From positions 5,228 to 69,227 of the forward strand of contig JAFYER010000002.1 of NCBI GenBank assembly GCA_017544165.1: a DNA stretch of 64,000 nucleotides. The letters are read 5' to 3'. Under the pieces are notes generated by a model that saw only the letters and a program-made list of their open reading frames with translations, was not told the DNA's origin and made no database searches. Position numbers and translations under genes: made by a program. Position 1 is the stretch's first letter. Every line of letters begins with the position of its first letter. Positions 1 to 10,199 of this stretch are shown here, piece after piece. Origin of the DNA: Bacilli bacterium (GTDB taxonomy: Bacteria > Bacillota_I > Bacilli_A > RF39 > UBA660).

Positions 1-1851
1 TATATGAACATCTAACTTTTCAGGGTTATCACAAAAATTATAATTTGTAGAAATATTCGCCATTGGAACAATTCCTCCAGCTCTTACAAATACCGGATAA
101 TCTTCATCTTTAAAGAATGTTACATATCGTTTTCCACCAAGGAATTTTTTTCCTGTTTTAAAATCGTACCATACGCCATCTGGCAAGAATATTCGCTTTA
201 CACAACGATTCATTATGAGATCTTTCGAAGAAGTAATCGGACAAACAAATAATTCGCTACCAAAGTAATATTCATTTCGAATATTTGGTTCATCATAAGT
301 TTCAGGATAACTATAATAAAGTGGTTGAACTATTGGTATGCCATTATGTGCATATTTATAAGCCTCAGTATACAAGTATGGGATGAATTTCATTCTAAGT
401 TGACAATAATATTTAACAATATTGTATGTTTTATAATCCCATCGCCAAGGTTCTCTTTTATAATATATTCCTCTTTTGGCGCTAAATCTAAAGATAGGAT
501 TAAATGTTGAAAACTGAACATACCGCATATATAACTCAGCATCTTCAATGCCATCCTTAAATCCACCAACATCATGGCTCCACCACGATAGTCCCATATT
601 ACTTGCATTAGCATTATAAAAAGGTAAATATTTAAGGGTTTCCCAGCCTACTTTTGTCTCACCGGAGTATAGTACGCCGTTTCGATGAGCCGCTATTAAA
701 GAATTACGGGATAATAATAATGGTCTTTTATATTCATTTTGATTAAAATCACGTATATGATAATAATTAAGTGCTCTTAATGAATTTAAGTCTTTATAGT
801 AATCAATCCAAAAGAAATCAACATCTAAACCTGTTAGTTTATTAATTATTTGCTCGAAATAATTAATAATAAACATTTTATCGAAAGCATTAAATGGTAT
901 CGTTTCTTTACCGGGTAAATCCATTTCTTCGGTAAAAGTTTTATAGCATTCTTCCTCTTTGCGGATACCTTCAGTGGGATCAATTTGAATACCTACTCTA
1001 ATATTTCTATCGTGCATATAGCTTATAAATTCTTTAGGATCTGGGAATAAATTCGGATTGAATGTAAAACCAGTTTTATATAGATTGTAGTTATGCTTAT
1101 CTTTTATATGCCAAAATTCTCCAAGTAGAAGGACTGATAATGGTATTTCGTTACTATTAAAAGCATGAGCAAGTAATTTTGTGTCATCAAATGAATAAAT
1201 CTTATCACGATACCACCATATACCTAAAGCATATCTTGGAATCAAAAGTGGAAATCCGGTAAGTGTAAAATAATCTTTTAAACACAAACCAAAATCTCTT
1301 TTATACATGAATACATATATATCAACATAATCTTCCGTTGGCTTAGTAAGTAAACCAAGGTCATTGATAATCAAAGGTGAATTATCTTCAATAGATACAA
1401 AACCATCAGTTGAATATAAACCTTTTTCAAGTTTTTTATTTAACCCTTTGAAATTATCTAAACTAACAGCACTACCTAAAAAGTTTCTAGCTTCAGGGTG
1501 GCCATAATACCACATTTTATCAGTATTTAATAATTTGATTTTTAAATTAGTATCTGGTGCAAATGAAGGGCCTTTAAAAGGGAAATCTTTCATATATTGT
1601 AATGAAAAGTAAGAAGTTGTAATAACTAGATATTTTTCATCTTCTTCGACAGTAAATCTAGGTACATCAAAATTACGATTAGCTACTAAATCAGTCAAAC
1701 TATCATTGAATTTTCCCTCTTTAGAATATTCAAGGCGTACTAGCCTTTCAGTCAAAACTGTTATACGATAAAAATTACCAGCTTTAATAGCTCTCGACTT
1801 GCTTTTTCCAAGATTTTGATCGACCATAAAATGTTTTCCAAAACTAGCCAT
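1..1851 (-). CDS. Glycoside hydrolase family 31 (alpha-glucosidase/alpha-xylosidase-like); C-terminus cut by window edge
   Basis: Absent from the ORF track because there is no in-window stop. Minus-strand ATG at 1849-1851 is preceded by AGGGAAGGG. My translation stays open to base 1 (MASFGKHFMVDQNLGKS...). It contains GH31-like segments DVDFFWIDYY and GLSWWSHDVGGF (cf. WSHDIGGF in YicI-type enzymes). Confidence 0.8.
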   Translation of the reverse strand, partial: MASFGKHFMVDQNLGKSKSRAIKAGNFYRITVLTERLVRLEYSKEGKFNDSLTDLVANRNFDVPRFTVEEDEKYLVITTSYFSLQYMKDFPFKGPSFAPDTNLKIKLLNTDKMWYYGHPEARNFLGSAVSLDNFKGLNKKLEKGLYSTDGFVSIEDNSPLIINDLGLLTKPTEDYVDIYVFMYKRDFGLCLKDYFTLTGFPLLIPRYALGIWWYRDKIYSFDDTKLLAHAFNSNEIPLSVLLLGEFWHIKDKHNYNLYKTGFTFNPNLFPDPKEFISYMHDRNIRVGIQIDPTEGIRKEEECYKTFTEEMDLPGKETIPFNAFDKMFIINYFEQIINKLTGLDVDFFWIDYYKDLNSLRALNYYHIRDFNQNEYKRPLLLSRNSLIAAHRNGVLYSGETKVGWETLKYLPFYNANASNMGLSWWSHDVGGFKDGIEDAELYMRYVQFSTFNPIFRFSAKRGIYYKREPWRWDYKTYNIVKYYCQLRMKFIPYLYTEAYKYAHNGIPIVQPLYYSYPETYDEPNIRNEYYFGSELFVCPITSSKDLIMNRCVKRIFLPDGVWYDFKTGKKFLGGKRYVTFFKDEDYPVFVRAGGIVPMANISTNYNFCDNPEKLDVHI

Positions 1852-1896
1852 GTGCACCCTTCCCTATTATTTATAATAATATCATATTTTTCAATT

Positions 1897-1919
1897 AAAA
1901 AGCAAGGTTTTATCCTTGC
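1897..1919 (-). terminator. Rho-independent terminator after trpS
   Basis: Hairpin GCAAGG/CCTTGC followed by a T-run on the minus strand. It overlaps the last trpS codons. Confidence 0.55.
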
Positions 1920-2998
1920 ATATATTTACTTCTTATCTCTTTACAAAAGTTGTCATCAGCAAAATAATTAATACCAATAGCATTTTTTACTTCTCTTAAA
2001 GTTGCATTGGCATCTTCGATAGCTTTTTTAGTACCCTCTTCAATTATTTTGTAAACTTCATCTATATGTGTTTCATAATATTTTCTTTTCTCTCTTATCG
2101 GGGCAAATTCTTCTTCTAAAATGCTAATAAGAAACTTTTTAATTGTAACATCACCAAGACCACCTTCACGATATTTATTCTTTAGCTCATCGATATTTTT
2201 GTAATCTGGTAAATATTTTTCGAAATGTTCATCCTTAGCAAATATGTCTAAGTATAAAAAGACAATATTTCCTTCAACTTTGCCTGGATCACTAACCTTA
2301 ATGTGATTTGGATCAGTATACATATTCATTACTTTACGAGCAACTTCTTCTTTTGTGTCTGCTAAAAAAATAGCGTTATTTAAAGATTTACTCATTTTAG
2401 CCTTACCATCAATTCCTGGTACCCTTCTTTCAAATTCATTTTCAGGAAGTAAGGCTTCTGATTCGACAAGAACATCTCCATAAATTGAATTAAATTTGCG
2501 AACAATCTCATTTGCTTGTTCAATCATCGGAAGTTGATCATCGCCAACAGGTATGCAGTTTGCTTTAAAAGCAGTAATATCCGCTGTTTGAGAAACTGGA
2601 TAATTCAAAAATCCGCTTGGTACTGTATTATCAAATCCTCGCATAGCTATTTCACTTTTTACCGTGGGATTGCGAAGAAGTCTTGATAAAGTAACTAAAT
2701 TCAAATAATAACAAGTAAGTTCGCTAAGCGCTGAAACTTCACTTTGAATAAATATGATTACTTTTTTTGGATCTATTCCCACACTTAAATAATCCAAAAC
2801 AACTTCGATGACATTGTCCCGAATCTTTTTGGGATTATCAAAATTATCAGTTAAAGCTTGAGCATCAGCAACCATAATATAATATTTATCGTAATCACCA
2901 GCATTTTGTAATTTAATGCGATTACGAAGTGATCCGACATAATGGCCGATATGTAGTTTACCTGTTGGTCTATCACCCGTTAAAATAATTTTGCCCAT
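1910..2998 (-). CDS. trpS: Tryptophanyl-tRNA synthetase
   Basis: 362 aa. Class I aaRS motifs TGKLHIGHYVG (HIGH-type) and KMSKS. Sequence and length are TrpRS-like. Confidence 0.9.
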   Translation of the reverse strand: MGKIILTGDRPTGKLHIGHYVGSLRNRIKLQNAGDYDKYYIMVADAQALTDNFDNPKKIRDNVIEVVLDYLSVGIDPKKVIIFIQSEVSALSELTCYYLNLVTLSRLLRNPTVKSEIAMRGFDNTVPSGFLNYPVSQTADITAFKANCIPVGDDQLPMIEQANEIVRKFNSIYGDVLVESEALLPENEFERRVPGIDGKAKMSKSLNNAIFLADTKEEVARKVMNMYTDPNHIKVSDPGKVEGNIVFLYLDIFAKDEHFEKYLPDYKNIDELKNKYREGGLGDVTIKKFLISILEEEFAPIREKRKYYETHIDEVYKIIEEGTKKAIEDANATLREVKNAIGINYFADDNFCKEIRSKYMQG

Positions 2999-3036
2999 AA
3001 TAACCTCCTTTAAAATATTAAGTATTATATACTATT

Positions 3037-4029
3037 TTATAACCAAACGCCATAGGTAATTGCTATCATTGCAAGGAATAATCCGGCAGTATAAAACAAT
3101 TTAACAATATCAGTTTCTTCCCATTTTAATTCCTCAAAATGGTGATGAAGTGGTGCCTTTAAGAATACTTTCTTTTTAAAACGGCGAATAGCCACGATTT
3201 GAATTAAGCTAGAAATGACTTCGATTAAAAAGACTCCCCCAATAAGAGCTAGCGAAAATTCGTGTCTTGTTAAAATTGCGATGGTAGCAAGAGCTCCTCC
3301 CAAAGAAAGAGAACCTAAGTCTCCCATAAATACTTTTGCAGGATGAGAATTAAACATTAAAAATCCAATTAATGCTCCCACTAAAATGAATGAAAAGATA
3401 GCTATTTCTTGATATCCAGGAAGCCAGCTACAATTCCATGCAATTATTCCATAAGCAAGAAATGATATCATGGAAAGTCCACCGCATAATCCATCAAGTC
3501 CATCTGAAATATTAACTGCATTTGTTGTGCCTACAAGCAAAAGAAAAATAAAAATTCCAAAGCCCCATCCAAGATTTAACTCAAGATGTAAAAAGCTTAG
3601 TCTTAATACTGAAGATCCTCCGCCTTTCATAAATAGGTAGAAAAACACTAGAGCAATTGCCATTTGACACATAAATTTAGTCACAACTGAAAGCCCATCA
3701 TTATTCTTATACTTTACTTTTAAAAAATCATCAATAAATCCTAAAAATCCATATGCTAAAAAAACAAAGATTAAAACAGTTAAATTATAACTAAAACTAA
3801 TACTTCCAGAAATATATAAATAAGCCAGTGAGGCTAAAACAGGAATGATAAAAATGATTCCACCCATTGTTGGAGTTCCTTGTTTTTTTAAATGTCTTTT
3901 ATTTAATTCTTCATATACTTGTTGACCTATACCCATTTTTTTAAGCAAGGGAATAAAAATAAGTCCACATATTATTGCACAAATAAATCCTAGCATAATA
4001 GCCATCATGGCTTTTGCTAATATTAACAT
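3037..4029 (-). CDS. mraY: Phospho-N-acetylmuramoyl-pentapeptide transferase
   Basis: 330 aa polytopic membrane protein with MraY-type segments NAVNISDGLDGL and PLHHHFE. Confidence 0.9.
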   Translation of the reverse strand: MLILAKAMMAIMLGFICAIICGLIFIPLLKKMGIGQQVYEELNKRHLKKQGTPTMGGIIFIIPVLASLAYLYISGSISFSYNLTVLIFVFLAYGFLGFIDDFLKVKYKNNDGLSVVTKFMCQMAIALVFFYLFMKGGGSSVLRLSFLHLELNLGWGFGIFIFLLLVGTTNAVNISDGLDGLCGGLSMISFLAYGIIAWNCSWLPGYQEIAIFSFILVGALIGFLMFNSHPAKVFMGDLGSLSLGGALATIAILTRHEFSLALIGGVFLIEVISSLIQIVAIRRFKKKVFLKAPLHHHFEELKWEETDIVKLFYTAGLFLAMIAITYGVWL

Positions 4030-4120
4030 AAAATCACCACTTACCTATTTATTATACCTTATTTATCTACTTTTTTAGCTATTTTTATAGTATTTTACAT
4101 ATTATTACCAGTTTAAAACA

Positions 4121-4149
4121 TTGAAATTTACCAATACTTACTATATAAT
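4121..4149 (+). promoter_or_regulatory. Sigma-A type promoter for the murE pair
   Basis: TTGAAA (4121-4126), 17 nt spacer, TATAAT (4144-4149). RBS AAAGGGAA precedes the ATG at 4171. Confidence 0.6.
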
Positions 4150-4170
4150 CAGTTTAGAAAGGGAATTATT

Positions 4171-5541
4171 ATGATTAATATAAAAACCGATTCAAAAAAG
4201 GTAGTTCCTGGTGATACTTTTGTTGCTCTAAAAGGAACAATAGTCGATGGCCATAAGTATGTCGAAGAAGCTATTAAAAATGGAGCTACTAAAGTAATAG
4301 TTTCTAATAACAAAAAATACTCTGTTGAAACAATTAATGTTGAAAATACCACTAAGTATTTAAATGAGTATTTAGTTAATAAATATTCAAAAGAATTTAA
4401 AAATATTAAGTTTATTGGTATTACAGGTACAAATGGTAAAACTACAACTGGTTTTATGACCTATCAATTACTTAGAAAAGTTAAAATAAAAGTTGCCTAT
4501 ATTGGAACCATTGGTTTTTTTTGTAACGACAATTTTGAAAAAACATTGAATACAACTCCTGATATTTTAGCTACTTATAATTTTATTTTAAAAGCTAAAG
4601 ATGCCGGATGTAAAATAGTAATATTCGAAGCAAGTAGTATTGGTCTTGTCGAAGGAAGACTAAATGGTATTAAATTTGATGCAACTGTTTTTACAAATTT
4701 AACTCACGATCATCTTGATTACCATAAAAATATGAAAGATTACTTACAAGCTAAATTGATTTTATTTAACAATTTAAAAGCTGATGGAATAGCTATTACT
4801 AATATAGATGATAAATATGGTCATTTCTTTACAGGCCCTACAACCCTTACTTATGGATTTGGCAATGCTGATATAAAATGTATTAAACATGATGAAGTTT
4901 TTTCTAATTTTGTCATTAAATATGATAATGAGGAATACAATATTTCATCTCCTCTTTTTGGCAAATATAATGTTTCAAATGTTTTAGCCTCAATTGGAAT
5001 TTTAATTAAATTAGGTGTTGATTTAAAAACAATATGTAAGTATTATCCATCGCTTTCAATACCTACCGGGAGAATTAACACAATTAATTATAAAACTAAC
5101 AAAATTATTATTGATTACGCTCATACTCCTGATGGCGTTAAACAAGTATTATCTGCCGCTATCCACCTGTCTCAAGGAAAAACATATGTAGTATTTGGAT
5201 GCCCAGGCAATCGAGATCGTGCTAAAAGACCGATGATGGGCAAAATAGTAAATAAATATGCTGATTATTTTATAATAACTGATGATGATCCTCATTATGA
5301 AGATGAACAAAGAATCGTAGATGATATTACTAAAAATCTAGTATCTGATAAATACGAAGTTATTATCGATCGTAAAAAAGCAATATCAAAAGCATTTTCT
5401 CTTTTAAAGGAAAATGATATTCTTTTAATACTTGGCAAAGGTCATGAAGATGCAATTATTGTTAAAGACCAAAGAATACCTCATAATGATTTAGAATATG
5501 TTAGTGAATTAATTGAAAAAGAAAAGATTAGCATAAAATAA
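4171..5541 (+). CDS. MurE-family Mur ligase paralog 1 (non-DNPR type; substrate uncertain)
   Basis: 456 aa. P-loop GITGTNGKTTT and DHLDYH. The position of the MurE DNPR motif reads DDDPH (5281-5295). Confidence 0.8.
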   Translation: MINIKTDSKKVVPGDTFVALKGTIVDGHKYVEEAIKNGATKVIVSNNKKYSVETINVENTTKYLNEYLVNKYSKEFKNIKFIGITGTNGKTTTGFMTYQLLRKVKIKVAYIGTIGFFCNDNFEKTLNTTPDILATYNFILKAKDAGCKIVIFEASSIGLVEGRLNGIKFDATVFTNLTHDHLDYHKNMKDYLQAKLILFNNLKADGIAITNIDDKYGHFFTGPTTLTYGFGNADIKCIKHDEVFSNFVIKYDNEEYNISSPLFGKYNVSNVLASIGILIKLGVDLKTICKYYPSLSIPTGRINTINYKTNKIIIDYAHTPDGVKQVLSAAIHLSQGKTYVVFGCPGNRDRAKRPMMGKIVNKYADYFIITDDDPHYEDEQRIVDDITKNLVSDKYEVIIDRKKAISKAFSLLKENDILLILGKGHEDAIIVKDQRIPHNDLEYVSELIEKEKISIK

Positions 5542-5578
5542 CTTAAAAGAAATACCTTTTATTAAGAGGTGTTTTTTT

Positions 5579-6928
5579 ATGTCTTATGAAACTAATTCAA
5601 AACTTGTAAAAAATGGTGATGTTTTTGTAGCTTTAAAAGGCAATTATCATGATGGCCATGATTATATAAATGAAGCAATAAAAAATGGTGCTAGTTTAGT
5701 TATTTGTGAAAAGAAACTAGATTTAATTGTAAAATATAAAAAAGTTAAATCAACCCATAAATATTTAACTAAAGTCCTATCAAAAGAAAATAACAAATTA
5801 ACTAGAAATATGAAAATAATTGGAATTACCGGAACAAAAGGCAAAACAACTACAGCGATGATTGTCTATGATTTTTTAAAAAAGTTAAAAATAAATGCTG
5901 CTTATATCGGAACTCTAGGCGTTTTTTATAAAGACGAGCATTTTGATCTAGATAATACTACTCCTGATATTATGACACTCAATAAAATTCTTAAAATTTT
6001 AAAAGAAAATGAAGTAACCCATATTGTAATGGAAGTATCCTCGCATGCACTTAATGAAGAAAGAATTAAAGGGCTTTATTTTGAAAGTGCTGTATTTACA
6101 AATATTAGTCAAGATCATTTAGATTATCATAAAACGATGAAAGAATATTTTAAAGCTAAACTAAAAATATTAAAACATCTTGATGGTAATATTATTATAA
6201 ATATTGATGATATATCTGGTAAAAAAATATCAAAAAAAACCAAGAGGTATATTTCTGTCGGTAAAAATGGTAGTTTTAATATTACAGATTATAAACTCTT
6301 TCCAACAAATTCAATAGTTACTTTTGAATATCATTATAACTATTACACCCTATCTATTCCTTTCGTAGGAAAACATAATATATATAATTATACTGAAGCT
6401 ATTGCCTTATTAACCGATTTAGGATTTGAATTAAATGATTTAATAAATCTAACCAATAGTTTAAAACCTATAAGAGGTAGAAACGAACTTATTAAAGCAA
6501 ATAATGGTTATATTGTAATTGATTATGCACATAGTCCTGCCTCAGTCGAAGAAACTTTAAAAACTTATAATGAACTAAAAAAAGGAAAAATAATAACGAT
6601 TATTGGCTGTGGTGGTAATCGTGATAAATCCAAAAGACCTATAATGGGAAAAATAGCTTTAGAAAAATCTGATTATGTTATTTTTACAAGCGATAATCCA
6701 AGAGATGAAGATCCCAAAGAAATAATTAAGGAAATGACTAATAATTTAAGTAGCAATAATTATGAAGTGATTATTGATAGAAAAAAGGCCATAAAAAAAG
6801 GAGTTAAACTCCTTAAAAAAGACGATTATTTGTTAATACTTGGTAAAGGCCATGAAACCTACCAAATAATTAAAAATCAAAAATATCATTTTGATGATAA
6901 AGAAGAAGTATTAAGAATCATTTCTTGA
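5579..6928 (+). CDS. murE: UDP-MurNAc-L-Ala-D-Glu:meso-diaminopimelate ligase (DNPR-type MurE)
   Basis: 449 aa. GITGTKGKTTT and DHLDYH. Canonical DNPR at 6692-6703. RBS AAGAGGTG. Confidence 0.85.
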   Translation: MSYETNSKLVKNGDVFVALKGNYHDGHDYINEAIKNGASLVICEKKLDLIVKYKKVKSTHKYLTKVLSKENNKLTRNMKIIGITGTKGKTTTAMIVYDFLKKLKINAAYIGTLGVFYKDEHFDLDNTTPDIMTLNKILKILKENEVTHIVMEVSSHALNEERIKGLYFESAVFTNISQDHLDYHKTMKEYFKAKLKILKHLDGNIIINIDDISGKKISKKTKRYISVGKNGSFNITDYKLFPTNSIVTFEYHYNYYTLSIPFVGKHNIYNYTEAIALLTDLGFELNDLINLTNSLKPIRGRNELIKANNGYIVIDYAHSPASVEETLKTYNELKKGKIITIIGCGGNRDKSKRPIMGKIALEKSDYVIFTSDNPRDEDPKEIIKEMTNNLSSNNYEVIIDRKKAIKKGVKLLKKDDYLLILGKGHETYQIIKNQKYHFDDKEEVLRIIS

Positions 6929-7516
6929 TTTTTCTACGACTTCATAAATCATATTTCTAAGTTTTTCGTTTACCTTTTCTAAATCATCATCAGGTCCAAC
7001 TTTAAATGGCTCAAGAAATGTACAAGTTAACTTATTATTCCAAAATTTATATTTACCCGTTATGGCATAAGGAACAATTGTTGCACCTGTTTTTTGAGCC
7101 ATTGAGACAGCTCCCATTTTAAATGGCAATAAAACAGCATCAGTTTTATTACGAGTTCCTTCAGGAAAAATACCTAAAGCATAGCCATTTTTTAAAACCT
7201 CTAAAGCCTTTTCTTTAGCATCACTATCATGTATAGAACGATTGACACTTATACAGCCGCTTGCCTTAAAAAACCAAGCTTTTTTGCCATCAAAATATTC
7301 TTTTTTTGCCATGTAATGAAGCATTCTTCTAGTTGAAAGAATTGGCATACATTGATCATATAAATGAATGTGATTACCGCATACAATTATTGGTCCTTTT
7401 TTGGGTATTACTTTTTTATTAATTATCTTAGGACGATAATAAGCCATAAAAAGGATTCCAAGTATTCCCCTAAAAAAAGTATAACCTAATTTATGATCTT
7501 CCTTATTTTTTGGCAT
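6911..7516 (-). CDS. Lysophospholipid (1-acyl-glycerol-3-phosphate) acyltransferase family protein
   Basis: HX4D motif NHIHLYDQ and FPEGTR. The ORF-track start at 7573 lies inside the upstream gene, so I chose the ATG at 7516 (MPKNKEDH...). Confidence 0.8.
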   Translation of the reverse strand: MPKNKEDHKLGYTFFRGILGILFMAYYRPKIINKKVIPKKGPIIVCGNHIHLYDQCMPILSTRRMLHYMAKKEYFDGKKAWFFKASGCISVNRSIHDSDAKEKALEVLKNGYALGIFPEGTRNKTDAVLLPFKMGAVSMAQKTGATIVPYAITGKYKFWNNKLTCTFLEPFKVGPDDDLEKVNEKLRNMIYEVVEKSRNDS

Positions 7517-9254
7517 CTTTCTTTTCCGTCTTTCTTTTTTCTTTTTCTTCCTTTTCAAGTTCTCTAAAAGCAACTTTACCCACTAGTGTTTGAGGCAATT
7601 TATCTCTAAATTCATATTCTGCAGGTAAAGAATAAATAGCAACATTTTTAGAAAGAAGTTCTTTTATTTCTTTTTCAATTGATTTACTTGCTTTATAACC
7701 ACTTTTTAAAACTATAAATGCTTTAGCAACTTGGCCCTTATATGGATGAGGTACACCAATAACAGTCGAAGTTAATACAGCATAATGGGAATTAATAATT
7801 GACTCAAGATATGTTGGATAAATGTTATATCCACTGGAAATAATAATTCTTTTAATTCTTTGTGAGAAATAAAACATTCCATCGTCAGTCATGTAACCCA
7901 TATCACCGGTATGAAGCCATAATTTACCATCATCATGATAACGAAGTGTATGAATTGTTTCAACATCATCATTTAAATAACCCATCATAACAAGAGGACC
8001 AGAAATACATATTTCTCCATCAACACCATTTGGTGATTGTTCATAAGTTCCTGGTACAACTATTTTTAAAAACGTATCTGGAAATGGAATACCAATAATA
8101 TTATCATCAAAGGCATTTTCTAATGACAAACAGTTGGCTGCCGTACCTTCGGTTAATCCATAACCAACCCTTATTTTAGCAGTTGAGCCATGCTCCTTTA
8201 AAAACTCATTTACTCTATCTCTTAGTGATGTTGTAAGCGCATCTCCCCCACATATTGCTGCTTTAACTGAGGAAAGCTCATTAGCTCCAACATTGCTTTG
8301 TAAAAGTGCCTCATATAAAGTAGGAACACCCGCGATGAAATTAGGTTGATTTTTACGAATTATATCACCAAATTTTTTATAACTAAATGATGGTATTAAA
8401 ATACAACACATTCCTTTGCAAAATGGTGTATGAACGCAAACACCAAGTCCGAAACCATGAAAAAGAGGTAGTATGGAAAGCACTTTAGCTCCCGGTTCTG
8501 CTTGAGCGATAACTGTGGTTGCCATAATACCTAAAGCATTAAAGTTTAAATTTGATAAAAGAATTCCCTTAGGATTTCCAGTTGTACCCCCACTATATAA
8601 GATAATCGCCGGATCATAAGCACGACGATGTTCATGATATTCACCATGATATCCCTTAGCACTTTTAACAAATTCTTCCCACATTACAACGCTATCATCA
8701 TTTTTAGGTATTTTGATATGACGGCCATTCATAAGCCAATATATTCCAGCAAGTGCTATACCCATCTCTTCAGAGGCACGAGCCACAATAATCTTCTTAA
8801 GGTTTGTGCTATCTTTTATCCGATAAATTTTTTCAAAAACTTGATCGATAACCAATATATATTTACTATCACAAGCATTAATAAAATATTCTAGTTCTTT
8901 TTCACCAGAAAGTGGATGAACCATGTTGCATATTGCTCCAACCATATTTACAGCATATACCATAATTATTCCTTCAGGTGTATTTGGCATACATATTGTT
9001 ACTTTATCATTTTCTTTGACCCCATAACTTTTTAAGGCTCTTGCAACAGTATTAATCTTTTCAACAAATTCTGCATAAGTAACTTTACTACCATAATAAA
9101 CATAGGCAATGTTATTTGGCCATTTACCTGCAGATTCTATTATCATATCAACCATTGAATAATCAGGATATTTTAAGTTAGCATCATATCCATCATAATA
9201 TTTTAACCAAGGTCTTAGTTTTTTATCTAATTTCGCTTGTTTCGATTTTCTCAT
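7503..9254 (-). CDS. AMP-dependent acyl-CoA synthetase / fatty-acid--CoA ligase
   Basis: 583 aa. AMP-binding signature YSGGTTGNPKG, GYGLTE and HTGD. Lys/Glu-rich C-terminal tail. Confidence 0.85.
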   Translation of the reverse strand: MRKSKQAKLDKKLRPWLKYYDGYDANLKYPDYSMVDMIIESAGKWPNNIAYVYYGSKVTYAEFVEKINTVARALKSYGVKENDKVTICMPNTPEGIIMVYAVNMVGAICNMVHPLSGEKELEYFINACDSKYILVIDQVFEKIYRIKDSTNLKKIIVARASEEMGIALAGIYWLMNGRHIKIPKNDDSVVMWEEFVKSAKGYHGEYHEHRRAYDPAIILYSGGTTGNPKGILLSNLNFNALGIMATTVIAQAEPGAKVLSILPLFHGFGLGVCVHTPFCKGMCCILIPSFSYKKFGDIIRKNQPNFIAGVPTLYEALLQSNVGANELSSVKAAICGGDALTTSLRDRVNEFLKEHGSTAKIRVGYGLTEGTAANCLSLENAFDDNIIGIPFPDTFLKIVVPGTYEQSPNGVDGEICISGPLVMMGYLNDDVETIHTLRYHDDGKLWLHTGDMGYMTDDGMFYFSQRIKRIIISSGYNIYPTYLESIINSHYAVLTSTVIGVPHPYKGQVAKAFIVLKSGYKASKSIEKEIKELLSKNVAIYSLPAEYEFRDKLPQTLVGKVAFRELEKEEKEKRKTEKKDAKK

Positions 9255-10101
9255 CTGCTCTTCTCTCCATTAGTTCAGGATTATCAAAAATATCTTGAAT
9301 AACCTTAACAGATTTAGCAAAATAATAACCATCCGCTATTCTCTCATCAAGATTAATTCCAAATTCGCATATTTTTCTTATTTCTTTTTTACCATTTGGC
9401 ATTAGAACTTCTTCATCTTTTATTTCACCCATTGTTGCAAGAGTTGAACATGCCCCAAAGTCAGTTATATTATGATGAATGGCTCCACATTTAATTGTTC
9501 CTAAATTAGAGACAATCATACTACTATAATATAAATTATCATCAACAAGTGAAGATGGTAAAATGCCTACTCGATCAGTCCACTTTAATATTCCAATAAG
9601 AGGTACTCTAATAATATTTGGAAGTTTAGCTAAAAAATCTATAGCACTATTAGCACCTTTTTTATTGACATCTTTATTTTCCCGAATTTCCGCTACTTTA
9701 TCTTTAATTTTTTTACTAACTGTTTCTAATGTATCTTCTGGGTCAATTTTAATTAAAATCATCATTTCTTCAGCTTTATCTTCAAAAGAAACTTTTGCTA
9801 CAAAAGAAATGACAACATCATTATGTTCATACATATGACGATTGGCCACAAAATAGTTTAATTTTGGACGATTATATATTGTTTTACCAATTGCGGTTAC
9901 AAAAGCATGGAATATAGTAATCTCTTTTCCTTCTTTTTTCTTTTGTTCAACATATTTACATAGATTAGTTAAATCCATTTTTTGATTTATATATACATCG
10001 CTAACACTTCTATTTGGTTTTAAATCGATAGCAATTTGATTCATCCCCGGCATTTTTACTCTTCTGGCATCTTTACGATCACCAAATTTTCTTTTTCCCA
10101 T
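9223..10101 (-). CDS. Acyltransferase with 2-oxoacid dehydrogenase E2 / CAT-like catalytic fold (variant active site)
   Basis: 292 aa. C-terminal segment ...FGINLDERIADGYYFAKSV aligns to the E2 DHRxxDG motif, but with Glu (GAG, 9343-9345) at the His position. Confidence 0.6.
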   Translation of the reverse strand: MGKRKFGDRKDARRVKMPGMNQIAIDLKPNRSVSDVYINQKMDLTNLCKYVEQKKKEGKEITIFHAFVTAIGKTIYNRPKLNYFVANRHMYEHNDVVISFVAKVSFEDKAEEMMILIKIDPEDTLETVSKKIKDKVAEIRENKDVNKKGANSAIDFLAKLPNIIRVPLIGILKWTDRVGILPSSLVDDNLYYSSMIVSNLGTIKCGAIHHNITDFGACSTLATMGEIKDEEVLMPNGKKEIRKICEFGINLDERIADGYYFAKSVKVIQDIFDNPELMERRADEKIETSEIR

Positions 10102-10160
10102 ATTTATACCTCACTTATATATAAAAATATTACCATATTTTAAGTATTTTAACAATAATA

Positions 10161-10188
10161 TTGAATTTTAACAATTTTATGATATACT
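10161..10188 (+). promoter_or_regulatory. Promoter of tRNA-Gly(UCC)
   Basis: TTGAAT (10161-10166), 16 nt spacer, TATACT (10183-10188), about 11 nt before the tRNA 5' end. Confidence 0.5.
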
Positions 10189-10199
10189 ATTTATATCTT

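Noticed and set aside
325-614. 61-aa (+) and 74-aa (-) ORFs
   Set aside because: Both fall inside the long open GH31 reading frame, which is partial and therefore missing from the track.
2999-3036. Expected T-box or other leader upstream of trpS
   Set aside because: Only 38 nt separate trpS from mraY, which is too short for a T-box. trpS appears to be co-transcribed with mraY.
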